DNA of 42,212 nt from an uncultured Bacillota bacterium (GTDB lineage Bacteria; Bacillota_I; Bacilli_A; RF39; UBA660). The first letter of the stretch is position 1; each line of letters begins with the position of its first letter. The notes under the pieces were generated by a model that saw only the letters and a program-made list of their open reading frames with translations, had not been told where the DNA came from and did no database searches. Made by a program: the position numbers and the translations under genes. The stretch is from contig OMSK01000099.1 of NCBI GenBank assembly GCA_900313725.1, positions 1 to 42,212 of the forward strand. Direction: 5' to 3'. Shown here one piece after another: positions 1-9,262 of this stretch.

Positions 1-276
1 ATAAACACTAACTTGTTTTTTATCTCTTCCGCGTCTTTCAAATTTAACTATTCCATCAACTTTAGCAAATATAGTATCATCTTTACCGATTCCTACATTT
101 GTTCCTGGATATATTTTAGTTCCACGTTGACGATATATAATAGATCCACCAGATACAAATTCTCCATCTGCAGCTTTTGCACCTAGTCTTTTTGATTCTG
201 AATCACGACCATTTTTAGTTGAACCTTGTCCTTTTTTATGGGCAAATAATTGTATATCTAAAACTAATAATTTCAT
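1..276 (-). CDS. rpmA: 50S ribosomal protein L27, partial (last few C-terminal residues lie beyond the window start)
   Basis: Not in the ORF track. My reverse-strand translation from the ATG at 276-274 gives [92 protein letters not shown], open to position 1. This is the canonical L27 core plus the Firmicutes N-terminal propeptide (..QLF/AHKKG). Position after rplU-prp matches Bacillus. Confidence 0.93.
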   Translation of the reverse strand, partial: MKLLVLDIQLFAHKKGQGSTKNGRDSESKRLGAKAADGEFVSGGSIIYRQRGTKIYPGTNVGIGKDDTIFAKVDGIVKFERRGRDKKQVSVY

Positions 277-280
277 AAGA

Positions 281-574
281 TTACCTCCTATCAATTTTTA
301 TATTTTCTTTATAATCATTTTCTAATTCTTCTAACATAGATATCATATTATCAATTAATATATCTACTATTTTATCATGTTTTTTAATATCAACTTCAAT
401 GAACCCCTCATCTTGTTTATAAGCTATAGCATTTTCATCTATTCTTATAATTGCATTCAATGAAGTAATTACTATACTACTTACACTTGCACATACAATG
501 TCGTTACCTTTTACACCGTATCCTGCATGACCAGATATTTTTATATTATCTTTATCTATTACTATCTTAATCAT
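281..574 (-). CDS. prp: Ribosomal-processing cysteine protease Prp (YsxB family)
   Basis: 97 aa with a GHAGY...DIVCASVS His/Cys pattern. Sits between rplU and rpmA. Its start overlaps the rplU stop by 1 nt (TAATG). The adjacent L27 carries the propeptide Prp removes. Confidence 0.85.
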   Translation of the reverse strand: MIKIVIDKDNIKISGHAGYGVKGNDIVCASVSSIVITSLNAIIRIDENAIAYKQDEGFIEVDIKKHDKIVDILIDNMISMLEELENDYKENIKIDRR

Positions 575-873
575 TATGCACTAATTTTTGTAATTTCAAC
601 TTTAGTATATGGTTGACGATGTCCTTGCATTTTACGGTATTTTTTCTTTTGATTGTATTTAAATACAAGTATCTTTTTTTGTTTACCATGTTTTAAAACT
701 TTACCTGTTACTTTAGCTCCATTTACATATGGACGTCCTGTAACACCATTTGCCATTAAAACGTTATCAAATGTTACATTAGAATCTTTTTCAGCATCTA
801 ATTTTTCAACATAAATAACAGATCCTTCTTCAACATAGTATTGTTTTCCACCAGTTTCAATAATTGCTTTCAT
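574..873 (-). CDS. rplU: 50S ribosomal protein L21
   Basis: 99 aa, [25 protein letters not shown]... is a typical L21 N-terminus. Strong RBS (AAGGAGG) upstream. Confidence 0.93.
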   Translation of the reverse strand: MKAIIETGGKQYYVEEGSVIYVEKLDAEKDSNVTFDNVLMANGVTGRPYVNGAKVTGKVLKHGKQKKILVFKYNQKKKYRKMQGHRQPYTKVEITKISA

Positions 874-1016
874 AATTAACCTCCTTGTTTTTATAATCTA
901 AGACTCACCATTAAGGTACTTACGTTTTAAAACCTTTTCTGTGTGGTTGTAGAGTGAGGCCCTACACACTAAGAAATTTTACCACAAAACATACTTAAAG
1001 TCAACGATTTTATAGC
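874..1016 (-). promoter_or_regulatory. Untranslated 5' leader of rplU-prp-rpmA, possibly an L21-leader-type structured RNA
   Basis: Long non-coding gap directly upstream of rplU that is locally GC-richer than its surroundings. Complementary segments on the minus RNA: UGUGU..ACACA and CUCAC..GUGAG. Firmicutes are known to carry an L21 leader here. I cannot verify the covariance model by eye. Confidence 0.35.
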
Positions 1017-1042
1017 AAAAAAGCAGATTATCTAAATAATCT
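1017..1042 (-). terminator. Weak intrinsic terminator after the M50 protease gene
   Basis: Minus RNA AGAUUAU-UUAG-AUAAUCU (7-bp AU-rich stem) followed by GCUUUUUU. Confidence 0.4.
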
Positions 1043-1101
1043 TTTGATTATTATTTTTTCTACCTCTTTTTAGATTGAGTTATAACACAAATTCTCTTTT
1101 A

Positions 1102-1857
1102 TTAGAGTTTAAAATAATCATCTAACACTTCATTTTCTGTATAGTATTTTTTATAATAAAATAGATGTCGATAATCTTTTTTCATTTTTTCTAATTTTAT
1201 TCCTTTTATTCTTTTTATTTTATTAAATTTTAAATTATAACTATATCTTTCATATAAGAATTTATTAAATAAATACTTATGTTCTTTTACCTCTTTTATA
1301 TTTTTTATTAAAATAAATATTATAATAATTAGTAATATTAAACTATTCATTCTAATTGTTCTAATAAATAATAATGATAATGTTATTAATGATATTATTA
1401 TGGTTATAATATGACTATATTTATAGCTAAATACTTTATTTAGAATAATATTAATTAATTTAGATCCATCTAAAGGTATTATTGGAAGTAAATTAAATAA
1501 TAATAAACTATAATGATAATTAGTTATTAAAACATTATTATATTTATAAAAAACAAGTATAAAATAAAAAAGAATTTGAAATAATGGTCCTAGTACTAGT
1601 ATTACAAATTCTTCCTTTAAACTTTTATTAATTAATTCATTAAAAATAGTTATTCCTCCAAATGGTAAAATAACTACTTTTTTTATATTCCATTTATAAT
1701 ATATAGCTCCAACTAAATGACCTACTTCATGAATAAATATAAGTAGTGTTATATAAATAAAATCTTTAAATAATCCTGTAAATATACATATTAAACAAAC
1801 AATATAATAAATTGGATGTATTTTAAATATAGTCTTCATAATTAAGTACTTTACCAT
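1102..1857 (-). CDS. M50 site-2 metalloprotease, SpoIVFB-like
   Basis: Polytopic membrane protein with HEVGH zinc motif and NLLPIIPLDGSKL (NxxPxxxLDG) motif. Same position relative to rplU as spoIVFB in Bacillus. An alternative start at 1839 would reduce the overlap with the upstream gene. Confidence 0.8.
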   Translation of the reverse strand: MVKYLIMKTIFKIHPIYYIVCLICIFTGLFKDFIYITLLIFIHEVGHLVGAIYYKWNIKKVVILPFGGITIFNELINKSLKEEFVILVLGPLFQILFYFILVFYKYNNVLITNYHYSLLLFNLLPIIPLDGSKLINIILNKVFSYKYSHIITIIISLITLSLLFIRTIRMNSLILLIIIIFILIKNIKEVKEHKYLFNKFLYERYSYNLKFNKIKRIKGIKLEKMKKDYRHLFYYKKYYTENEVLDDYFKL

Positions 1858-2419
1858 CTTTTTTATATACTAAATAAATATTATCACTTAATGATTCTCC
1901 TATTAATGATCCTTTTTCTACATAATCATATAATTTTAGTGATGATTTAACATTAGAATACCATATATCTACACCATCAGTTCCTTCTACTATTACGGTA
2001 TCACCATAGTTATCTTTTTTACCTATAAATACTACTATTCCATTTTCTATATTAGGAACTAAATAATTATTATCTACTTTAAGTTTTACTCCATCTAAAT
2101 ATTTTGATTTTTCATTATACTTTAGTTTTTCACTAAATACTTGTTTAGTTTCTTTTTTTTCTATTACATCACTAAAAGGTATAGGTTTACCAAATTTATC
2201 TTTAAATAATTTATTTATACTAGCAAATTTAAAATTTTTTTCAAAAACATTTTTATAAAAATACGTTCTTATATTAGGATTGCTTTTTAATGTTATAAGT
2301 GTTAGTAAAGTAATAATTATTAATACTAAAAATTTAGATAATTTATTATGTTTTGGTTTAGTTACTACTTTATTTCTTTTTTTATTTTTAAATTCTCTTA
2401 CATAATCTTCTATATCCAT
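1823..2419 (-). CDS. Membrane-anchored degenerate M23/LytM-domain protein, SpoIVFA-like
   Basis: N-terminal basic stretch plus one TM. C-terminal GIVVFIGKKDNYGDTVIVEG..IWYSN...VEKGSLIGES resembles a LytM beta-barrel without obvious metal ligands. Precedes the M50 gene as spoIVFA does. Confidence 0.55.
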   Translation of the reverse strand: MDIEDYVREFKNKKRNKVVTKPKHNKLSKFLVLIIITLLTLITLKSNPNIRTYFYKNVFEKNFKFASINKLFKDKFGKPIPFSDVIEKKETKQVFSEKLKYNEKSKYLDGVKLKVDNNYLVPNIENGIVVFIGKKDNYGDTVIVEGTDGVDIWYSNVKSSLKLYDYVEKGSLIGESLSDNIYLVYKKDGKVLNYEDYI

Positions 2420-2442
2420 ATTATCACCAATTAATAATATGA

Positions 2443-2925
2443 TTAATTCTTTATATATATTCTTCTTTTTTTTACTTTATTTGTTATTATATACATTAAT
2501 AATATATATAAAATATTGAATAATAATGAATATATAATACTATTAATAAGAGTATCCATATCAAAATTAAAGTAATCTATAAATATAAGTGTAAAATATG
2601 TAATAATTCTATATAATACAATTATTATTATAGAAATAATTATTATACTTATCCAATTATTTTTAATATATGTATTTAATATAGATACTATATAACCCAA
2701 TAACAAAAATATAAATGCATTTAAAATACCAGTATTAGTATAAGATATATCATATATTAAACCTATTATAAAACAAATAATATAATATTTTTTATTATTA
2801 TACATATATGGATAAATTAAAATTAGTGACATTAAGGTTGTTAGTGGTATAAGATAGCTAATACTAATTAATCTTGATAATATTCCTTCTAAATAAAATG
2901 AAATAATTAATAATATATAAATCAT
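2443..2925 (-). CDS. mreD: Rod shape-determining protein MreD
   Basis: 160-aa polytopic membrane protein. ATGA start/stop overlap with mreC. Canonical position. Confidence 0.7.
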   Translation of the reverse strand: MIYILLIISFYLEGILSRLISISYLIPLTTLMSLILIYPYMYNNKKYYIICFIIGLIYDISYTNTGILNAFIFLLLGYIVSILNTYIKNNWISIIIISIIIIVLYRIITYFTLIFIDYFNFDMDTLINSIIYSLLFNILYILLMYIITNKVKKRRIYIKN

Positions 2926-3746
2926 TTATCTTTTCCTAAAACAGTAACATATTTAATATTATCAAAATTAACATTACTTCTTACAAGTAAAGTTCTAGAT
3001 AAATCAAAATTATCTTTTTTTATTTTTTCAACCTTACCAATCAATATACCACCAGGAATATCATTAAAATTTGTTGTTGTTACAACAGAACCTTTTGGAA
3101 TTTCTTTATTATCTGCGATTCCCTCTACTATAAAGCATTTAGTTTTTTTATCATAACCTACCATTAATCCATATAAATAATCATTATTAACTTTTATTTT
3201 AACTGATATTTTATTATTAATATCATCAGTAGTTAATAGTTTAACCACGCTATTTAAATTAGATACTTTAGAAATAGTACCTATTAACCCATCGCTAGTT
3301 ATGACTGCCATATCTTTTTTTATTTTATGTTTACTTCCCTTATCAATTGTTAATTCATCATAATAATATCCAATATTTCTAATGATTACTGAAGAATTAA
3401 TATATTTAGATTCAAGTGTATTATTTAATTCTAGTACTTTTTGTAACTCTTTTATTTCTTTTTTTAATTCATCATTATCATTATTTACTGATTTTAACTT
3501 TTCATATTTTTTATATAATTTATTATATTTATCATACATTTTATTTGATAATTTAATTTCTTTTATTTTATTATCTATATAATTAATTGGTTTATTAATT
3601 ACTTTATTTACTGTTAAAGTAGAATCTTTTATTATTTTTTCTATATCACTTAATTTTCTTTTATCACTTATAATAAAAGAAAGTATAAATAATAATATAC
3701 ATACTAATAATATTATTACAACAATAAATTTCTTTTTTTTAAACAT
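2922..3746 (-). CDS. mreC: Rod shape-determining protein MreC
   Basis: N-terminal TM, coiled-coil (KKEIKELQKVLELNN), then a beta-rich domain with VITSDGLIGTISKVSNLNSVVKLL typical of MreC. Confidence 0.85.
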   Translation of the reverse strand: MFKKKKFIVVIILLVCILLFILSFIISDKRKLSDIEKIIKDSTLTVNKVINKPINYIDNKIKEIKLSNKMYDKYNKLYKKYEKLKSVNNDNDELKKEIKELQKVLELNNTLESKYINSSVIIRNIGYYYDELTIDKGSKHKIKKDMAVITSDGLIGTISKVSNLNSVVKLLTTDDINNKISVKIKVNNDYLYGLMVGYDKKTKCFIVEGIADNKEIPKGSVVTTTNFNDIPGGILIGKVEKIKKDNFDLSRTLLVRSNVNFDNIKYVTVLGKDK

Positions 3747-3747
3747 A

Positions 3748-4434
3748 TTAATTACCTTTCATTAAATTATTTTCAAAAAAACTAAAGTATTTATTTTTTC
3801 CAATAATAATATGATCATCTATTTTAATACCTAATAAAGTTCCTGATTTAATTAAATTATTAGTTAATTCTATATCATTTTTTGAAGGTGTTATATTACC
3901 AGTTGGATGATTATGAATACATATAATAGAAACTGCTCCAACTAAATATGCTTCTTTAAATATTTCTCTTGGATGAACTGTACTATAATTTAATGTACCT
4001 TTAAATAACATTTTATTTTTTATTACTTTTTTACTACTATCCAAATATATACAATAAAAATATTCTTGTGTTTCATCTTTTAATAAATCATTAAAATAAG
4101 TAAATACTTTATCTGAATTAGTAATTTTTATATTGTTTATTGTATCTATCTTTTTATTCATTCTTTTACCTAATTCTATACAAGCAATTATAGTAGATGC
4201 TTTTACCTTACCTATTCCTTTTATTTTTATAATTTTTTCCATATTTACATTAACTAGTTCATGGATATCATAGTTTTTTAGTATTTCTAATGATAATTCT
4301 TTTACGCTTTTTTCTTTTGTACCAGTTTTTAATATTATTGATAATAACTCTTCATTATTTAGTGTTTCCACTCCATTATTTAATAATCTTTCAATAGGAC
4401 GTTCTAGAAGTGGTAAATCCTTAATCTTTGTCAT
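3748..4434 (-). CDS. radC: RadC-family JAMM-like protein (UPF0758)
   Basis: HhH-like N-terminus (IKGIGKVKAS) and HNHPTGNITPSKNDIELT JAMM motif. Confidence 0.9.
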   Translation of the reverse strand: MTKIKDLPLLERPIERLLNNGVETLNNEELLSIILKTGTKEKSVKELSLEILKNYDIHELVNVNMEKIIKIKGIGKVKASTIIACIELGKRMNKKIDTINNIKITNSDKVFTYFNDLLKDETQEYFYCIYLDSSKKVIKNKMLFKGTLNYSTVHPREIFKEAYLVGAVSIICIHNHPTGNITPSKNDIELTNNLIKSGTLLGIKIDDHIIIGKNKYFSFFENNLMKGN

Positions 4435-4882
4435 TAATCATCAACTCCTCATATTTACTTAGAACTTGATTTTCAATTGACCTTATAACCTTTGTATCAG
4501 TTGTTTCTAATAATAAATTATCATATTGTTCTAATACTGTTAAAAAAGCAACATCTGATATAAAAATTTCCCTTATATATATATCATACCCTATAGACTT
4601 ATAGAAATCCTGCAATGTTTTTAAATTTTTTTTATTTTTAGTTATTCCAATATAAGAATAATACATATTATTTTCTTTAGTATATATATAATATGGAGTA
4701 TTTTTCATTGATTCTTTCATTGATTCTTCACTAGAATATACACCAGCTTGTAAAAAATAAAGATTTTCTCCTGTAAGAGATACTACATCTGTATCAGTTC
4801 TATATTGTTTAAGCATAAAAGTACCCATAAAAAAACCAACTAATATACATAATACTACTGGAAAAATATTTTTTAATTTCAT
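4421..4882 (-). CDS. Membrane-anchored protein with a possible SPOR-like domain
   Basis: N-terminal TM. LQAGVYSSEESMKESM...YSYIGITKNKKNL..L resembles a SPOR beta-alpha-beta repeat. Weak call. Confidence 0.4.
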   Translation of the reverse strand: MKLKNIFPVVLCILVGFFMGTFMLKQYRTDTDVVSLTGENLYFLQAGVYSSEESMKESMKNTPYYIYTKENNMYYSYIGITKNKKNLKTLQDFYKSIGYDIYIREIFISDVAFLTVLEQYDNLLLETTDTKVIRSIENQVLSKYEELMINDKD

Positions 4883-4933
4883 ATTATCACCAGTTTTATT
4901 ATATTGTATTAATTGGTATTATTTTGTCGAATT

Positions 4934-6355
4934 TTAGTATTGAATACCCCAAATTACATGATGTTTAGCATCACTACCACAACATACACATTTACCTGTA
5001 ATTAATGGTTCATCTACTATACATCTTGATTTACATCCCTTTATTTCTTTTATTTTTGTTTCACACTCAGTATTTCCACACCAATCTGCATGTATAAATC
5101 CAGGTTGAGTATTTAAGATTTTTTCCATTTCCGTTAAATCTTTAGCTGTAAATGTTAAACTATCTCTTCTTTCTAATGCTTTATTATACATATCTTTTTG
5201 AATTGTTTCTAATAATTCTTTAACATATTTAACTACATCAATGTTTAAATCTTCAGTATATTTTTCACTTGTATCACGTCTAGCAAATGTGATTTTATTA
5301 TTTTCTAAATCTCTTGGTCCAATTTCAATACGAACTGGAATACCATTTACTTCTGCTTCTGCGAATTTAAATCCTGGAGATTTATCAGTTTTATCAATAT
5401 ATGTTACTACATCATTATTATTTAATTCTGTATTTATTTTTTCACATAATTCAAATACTTTATCATTATTACCGATTGGAATAATTACTACTTGTTTTGG
5501 TGCAATTCTTGGTGGTAATACTAGTCCTTTATCATCTGAATGAACCATAATTAGTCCACCTATCATTCTTGTTGTTGTACCCCATGATGTTTGATATACA
5601 AATTCTTGTTTATTTTCTTTATTTAAAAATTTAACATCATATGCTGTACTAAATTTTTGTCCAAAATAATGAGATGTACCTGCTTGTAGGGCAACACCAT
5701 TATACATTAATGCTTCATTAGTTAATGTATATTCAGCACCCGCAAATTTTTCTTTTTCAGTTTTTAAACCAGTAATTGATGGTATAGCAAGTATTTCATG
5801 ATGGAACCATTTATATACCTCCATCATTTGATCTGTTTCTTTAATTGCTTCTTCTTTTGTAGAATGTGCTGTATGTCCTTCTTGCCATAAGAATTCTCTT
5901 GATCTTAAGAATGGTCTTGTTTCTTTTTCCCATCTGATTACATTGCACCATTGATTATATAATTTTGGTAGATCACGATATGATTTAATATGATCTTTAT
6001 AATAATCACAGAACATTGTTTCACTTGTTGGACGGAATGCTAATCTTTCTTCTAATTCTTTAGAACCACCCATTGTTATCCAAGCAACTTCAGGTGCAAA
6101 TCCTTGTACTAATTCTCCTTCTTTTTTTAATAAATTTTCTGGAATTAATACTGGCATTTGACAATTAACATGTCCTAATTCCTTAAATTTTTTATCTAGT
6201 ATACTTTGCATTTTTTCCCATATAGCATATCCATTTGGTTCAATTGCAATACATCCTTTTACTGAAGTATAATCAGCTAGTTTTGCAGCTTTAACTACAT
6301 CAGTATACCATTTAGCAAAATCCACATCTCTACTTGTTATTGAATCATTTTTCAT
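4934..6355 (-). CDS. proS: Prolyl-tRNA synthetase, archaeal/eukaryote-like type (no INS editing domain, C-terminal zinc domain)
   Basis: 473 aa with class IIa motifs (FRPTSE, RSREFLWQEGHT, GTSH). C-terminal CGNTEC...CVCCG cysteine cluster, ending in Tyr (..WGIQY). Strong RBS AGGAGG. Confidence 0.93.
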   Translation of the reverse strand: MKNDSITSRDVDFAKWYTDVVKAAKLADYTSVKGCIAIEPNGYAIWEKMQSILDKKFKELGHVNCQMPVLIPENLLKKEGELVQGFAPEVAWITMGGSKELEERLAFRPTSETMFCDYYKDHIKSYRDLPKLYNQWCNVIRWEKETRPFLRSREFLWQEGHTAHSTKEEAIKETDQMMEVYKWFHHEILAIPSITGLKTEKEKFAGAEYTLTNEALMYNGVALQAGTSHYFGQKFSTAYDVKFLNKENKQEFVYQTSWGTTTRMIGGLIMVHSDDKGLVLPPRIAPKQVVIIPIGNNDKVFELCEKINTELNNNDVVTYIDKTDKSPGFKFAEAEVNGIPVRIEIGPRDLENNKITFARRDTSEKYTEDLNIDVVKYVKELLETIQKDMYNKALERRDSLTFTAKDLTEMEKILNTQPGFIHADWCGNTECETKIKEIKGCKSRCIVDEPLITGKCVCCGSDAKHHVIWGIQY

Positions 6356-6365
6356 AATATCCTCC

Positions 6366-6560
6366 TATACAAAAAAGGATAGTACATAAGGAGTCATATA
6401 GACGGTACCATCCTTTTATTTACTTATTTTTGATAACGGTATTACCCGGAAATTATTAATTTCTCTCAGAAGTAGGAATTTATATATCATTATATTAGTT
6501 TACACCTTCCACTAACTCTCTTTAATAACTTTATATAAATTATGTCTTCATCAACGATTT
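6366..6560 (-). promoter_or_regulatory. T-box riboswitch leader of proS (candidate CCU Pro specifier)
   Basis: Minus RNA contains an AAAAGGAUGGUACCGUC T-box-like motif. This overlaps a 12-bp terminator, AAAGGAUGGUAC/GUACUAUCCUUU, followed by Us. Stem I base UUAUUAA/UUAAUAA has AGAGAG and UGAGAG elements. CCU followed by A (plus 6474-6476) sits in the putative specifier loop. Confidence 0.8.
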
Positions 6561-6568
6561 CTAAATAC

Positions 6569-6597
6569 ATTCTAACATTTTTAATATTAAAAATCAA
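6569..6597 (-). promoter_or_regulatory. Candidate sigma-A promoter for the proS T-box leader
   Basis: Minus strand TTGATT-17 nt-TAGAAT just upstream of Stem I. AT-rich background makes false positives likely. Confidence 0.45.
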
Positions 6598-6611
6598 TAG
6601 AAAAATAAATT

Positions 6612-7256
6612 CTATTTTTTAGAATTTACTTTATAATTATTTATTATGTAATCTAATTCTGGTGCTAATTCTGATAAATCATCTGTATAATATCTTGATT
6701 TATCTGTTTTTGTATAATAATTTGGTAATATATTTACGTATAATGAACCACCTATATTTTTATATACATCATAGAATTTTAAAAATCTATAATCATATGT
6801 TCCATCATATGTTGCATAATGCATTGGAATAGCTAAATTAAAATTAAATATTTTCGCAAATACTAATCCATATTCTGCACCATGTTCTTTATCACCTTGT
6901 TCTATTATTTCATATAAAGCAATATTCATTATTTCTCTTCTAAAGTCATCATCACTTTTAAATTTATCTTTTATACTATTTGAATTTACTTTTAATAATT
7001 GATATAAATTATTCATATTAAAGAAATCTAATAATCTATTATCACTTTCTAAAGCTAAATCAATAAATTCTTTATCTTGATTTTGATATAATCTATTAGG
7101 AATAAATTTAAATTGATTTTTATGATATATTGCGATAGTATTTACTAATCCATCTAATTGTTGTTTATCAATATTGTTATATTTTTTCATTAAAGCTTTT
7201 TTTAGTCTTTCAATTATTATGCTTAAATTATAAGTCTTTTCTGAATTTCTAAACAT
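6612..7256 (-). CDS. Hypothetical protein (214 aa, no recognisable motif)
   Basis: Long ORF with a good RBS (AGGAGGG). No family recognised. Confidence 0.6.
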   Translation of the reverse strand: MFRNSEKTYNLSIIIERLKKALMKKYNNIDKQQLDGLVNTIAIYHKNQFKFIPNRLYQNQDKEFIDLALESDNRLLDFFNMNNLYQLLKVNSNSIKDKFKSDDDFRREIMNIALYEIIEQGDKEHGAEYGLVFAKIFNFNLAIPMHYATYDGTYDYRFLKFYDVYKNIGGSLYVNILPNYYTKTDKSRYYTDDLSELAPELDYIINNYKVNSKK

Positions 7257-7311
7257 ATTTATCCCTCCTGAATGGTTATATATTATAGCATAAATTCAAA
7301 AAAAGTCAATT

Positions 7312-7342
7312 TAAAATGAGATAAATAATTATCTCATTTTTA
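7312..7342 (-). terminator. Intrinsic (bidirectional-looking) terminator overlapping the stop of the 265-aa gene
   Basis: Perfect 9-bp stem ATGAGATAA/TTATCTCAT (7316-7337) with a 4-nt loop, flanked by A and T runs. Confidence 0.55.
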
Positions 7343-8126
7343 TATTTTCATCAATATTTTTTTCATATACTTTATGAAATTCATTATAGAATTCTATATA
7401 TCTATCAAAATCTATTTTACCAGGTTGTTTATCAATTATTTTAGGTATATCTATTTCATCAATAATCATATCAAATCTCATTGATTCTATTTTATCATCT
7501 AAATCAATATTAGTTATTTTTATAAATCCTTCTTTTAATTCATATTGACCCATAAATGCAATATAATATAATTCATATGATAATTGAGCTAATTTTTCAA
7601 TTGATTCATATTTTTCTTTTTCAAAATCTTTTCCTTGTATATATGAATTATATCTATTAACTATATAATCTAATAAAATAGAATTATTAAAATCTAAATC
7701 TTTTACTTCATTATATCTAATATTATTTATATCATCTATATTTCTAATATATTTTTTAGCATATTCTAATTCTTTTTCATTCATAGGATTTAATAATACT
7801 TCTAATATTTGTTCCTTATTTTTTAAAATAGGATAATTATCTAACAAATATATATCATCTCTTAATTTATTAAAATATTCTTCTTTTTGATTTTCAAATA
7901 TTAATTTTTCTTTTTCTAATTCTATTTTTTTACTTTCTGCTTGTATTATTTCTTCTATTTTATTAACTAATTCATCTAATTCATCCATTGTTTTAATATT
8001 ATCAACAAGTTTTAAACATTCACATTTTGTATATTCAGTTAATAAATGTTCTTCCTTTTTATCATTAATATAATTAATAAGACTATTTTTATAAAAATCA
8101 ATTGTTCCTTGGTGAATACTTGCCAT
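7329..8126 (-). CDS. Hypothetical acidic coiled-coil protein (265 aa from the ATG at 8126)
   Basis: The track ORF begins at a GTG (8165). The ATG at 8126 (MASIHQG..) has an AAGGGAGG RBS. Glu/Lys-rich heptad-like central region. Confidence 0.6.
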   Translation of the reverse strand: MASIHQGTIDFYKNSLINYINDKKEEHLLTEYTKCECLKLVDNIKTMDELDELVNKIEEIIQAESKKIELEKEKLIFENQKEEYFNKLRDDIYLLDNYPILKNKEQILEVLLNPMNEKELEYAKKYIRNIDDINNIRYNEVKDLDFNNSILLDYIVNRYNSYIQGKDFEKEKYESIEKLAQLSYELYYIAFMGQYELKEGFIKITNIDLDDKIESMRFDMIIDEIDIPKIIDKQPGKIDFDRYIEFYNEFHKVYEKNIDENIKMR

Positions 8127-8185
8127 AAAACAACCTCCCTTTTTTATTGCCGTATATACTAACACAAACAGATGTTTTTGTCAAA

Positions 8186-9130
8186 TTAATTTGTTAAAAA
8201 ATTCATTACTAAATCTACTAAAATATTCTTTTCTTTAGGATTAGACTGCGCAATAAGAAGTGTTAATGCGACTAGGGTATTATTGTCAATTATTCTTTTA
8301 TTATCTTTAAATAATATATTATAGAATTCTAGAAAATATATAAATAAAGTAGCCGCAATTCTTTTATTACCATCAATAAATGTATGATTTTTTGTAATTA
8401 AATATAAGAAATTAGCTGCTTTTTCTTCTATTGTAGGATAAACATCCTTACCATCAAATGATTGATATATATTACCTATAATTGCTTGTAATCCTTTGTC
8501 TCTTTCTAAAGCAAATAACTCACTATCACTATTAAATCTTAATAAATCTATTATATTTTTACAATTTTCATATGTTATCTTATCATTAGATTTTGTACCA
8601 AGTGGTTTTATTACTGTTTTATGATCATAATTATCGAGTAAATCTAAGGCAGTAGAATAATTATTTATTACTTTGATTATTTCACTTGCTTCATCACCAT
8701 CTAATTTGTGATCAATTCTTCCAGCTATATTTATTAATTTTACAGTTTTTTCTAAATATTCAAGTCTTTTTTGATTAACAGCATAACCTTTTAATAAATA
8801 ATCTTTTAATACTTTAGTTGCCCACTTTCTAAATAAAATACCCTTTTTAGATTTAACACGATATCCAACACTAATAATCATATCCAGATTATAGTAATCT
8901 AGATTACGAGAAACATTTCTATTTCCCTCTTTTTGAACTGTCGCAAATTTTGCGACAGTTGTATTATCTAATTCTTCTTTTAAAGCATTATTAATATGTT
9001 TATGTATAGTTTTAACATCTCTATCAAATAGTTCAGCCATTTGATTAGCATTTAACCACACAGTTTCATCTTTCATATTCACTTCCAATTTTACATCTTG
9101 GTCTTCAAATATAATTATTTCGTTTTTCAT
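8186..9130 (-). CDS. RhuM-type N-terminal domain fused to a Doc-type Fic domain
   Basis: The N-terminal ~115 aa (VWLNANQMAELFDRDVKTIHKHINN...DMIISVGYRVKSKKGILFRKWATKVLKDYLLKGY) matches the conserved RhuM-family N-terminus. The C-terminus carries HTFIDGNKRIAAT, which is HxFxDGNKR, the Doc variant of the Fic motif. Confidence 0.8.
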   Translation of the reverse strand: MKNEIIIFEDQDVKLEVNMKDETVWLNANQMAELFDRDVKTIHKHINNALKEELDNTTVAKFATVQKEGNRNVSRNLDYYNLDMIISVGYRVKSKKGILFRKWATKVLKDYLLKGYAVNQKRLEYLEKTVKLINIAGRIDHKLDGDEASEIIKVINNYSTALDLLDNYDHKTVIKPLGTKSNDKITYENCKNIIDLLRFNSDSELFALERDKGLQAIIGNIYQSFDGKDVYPTIEEKAANFLYLITKNHTFIDGNKRIAATLFIYFLEFYNILFKDNKRIIDNNTLVALTLLIAQSNPKEKNILVDLVMNFLTN

Positions 9131-9233
9131 TTTTTCCCTCCTTATGTTTTTTAGTCTTCTTTTCTATAACAACATATCATGGGAAATATTTAATGTCAAT
9201 ATTATTTACGAAATTTTGTTTGTTTTTTCTTTT

Positions 9234-9262
9234 TAAAAAAATAATAGGTTTTTCCTATTATT
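9234..9262 (-). terminator. Intrinsic terminator of the hybrid kinase gene
   Basis: AATAATAGG-TTTTT-CCTATTATT 9-bp stem overlapping the stop codon. U-run follows on the minus RNA. Confidence 0.6.
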
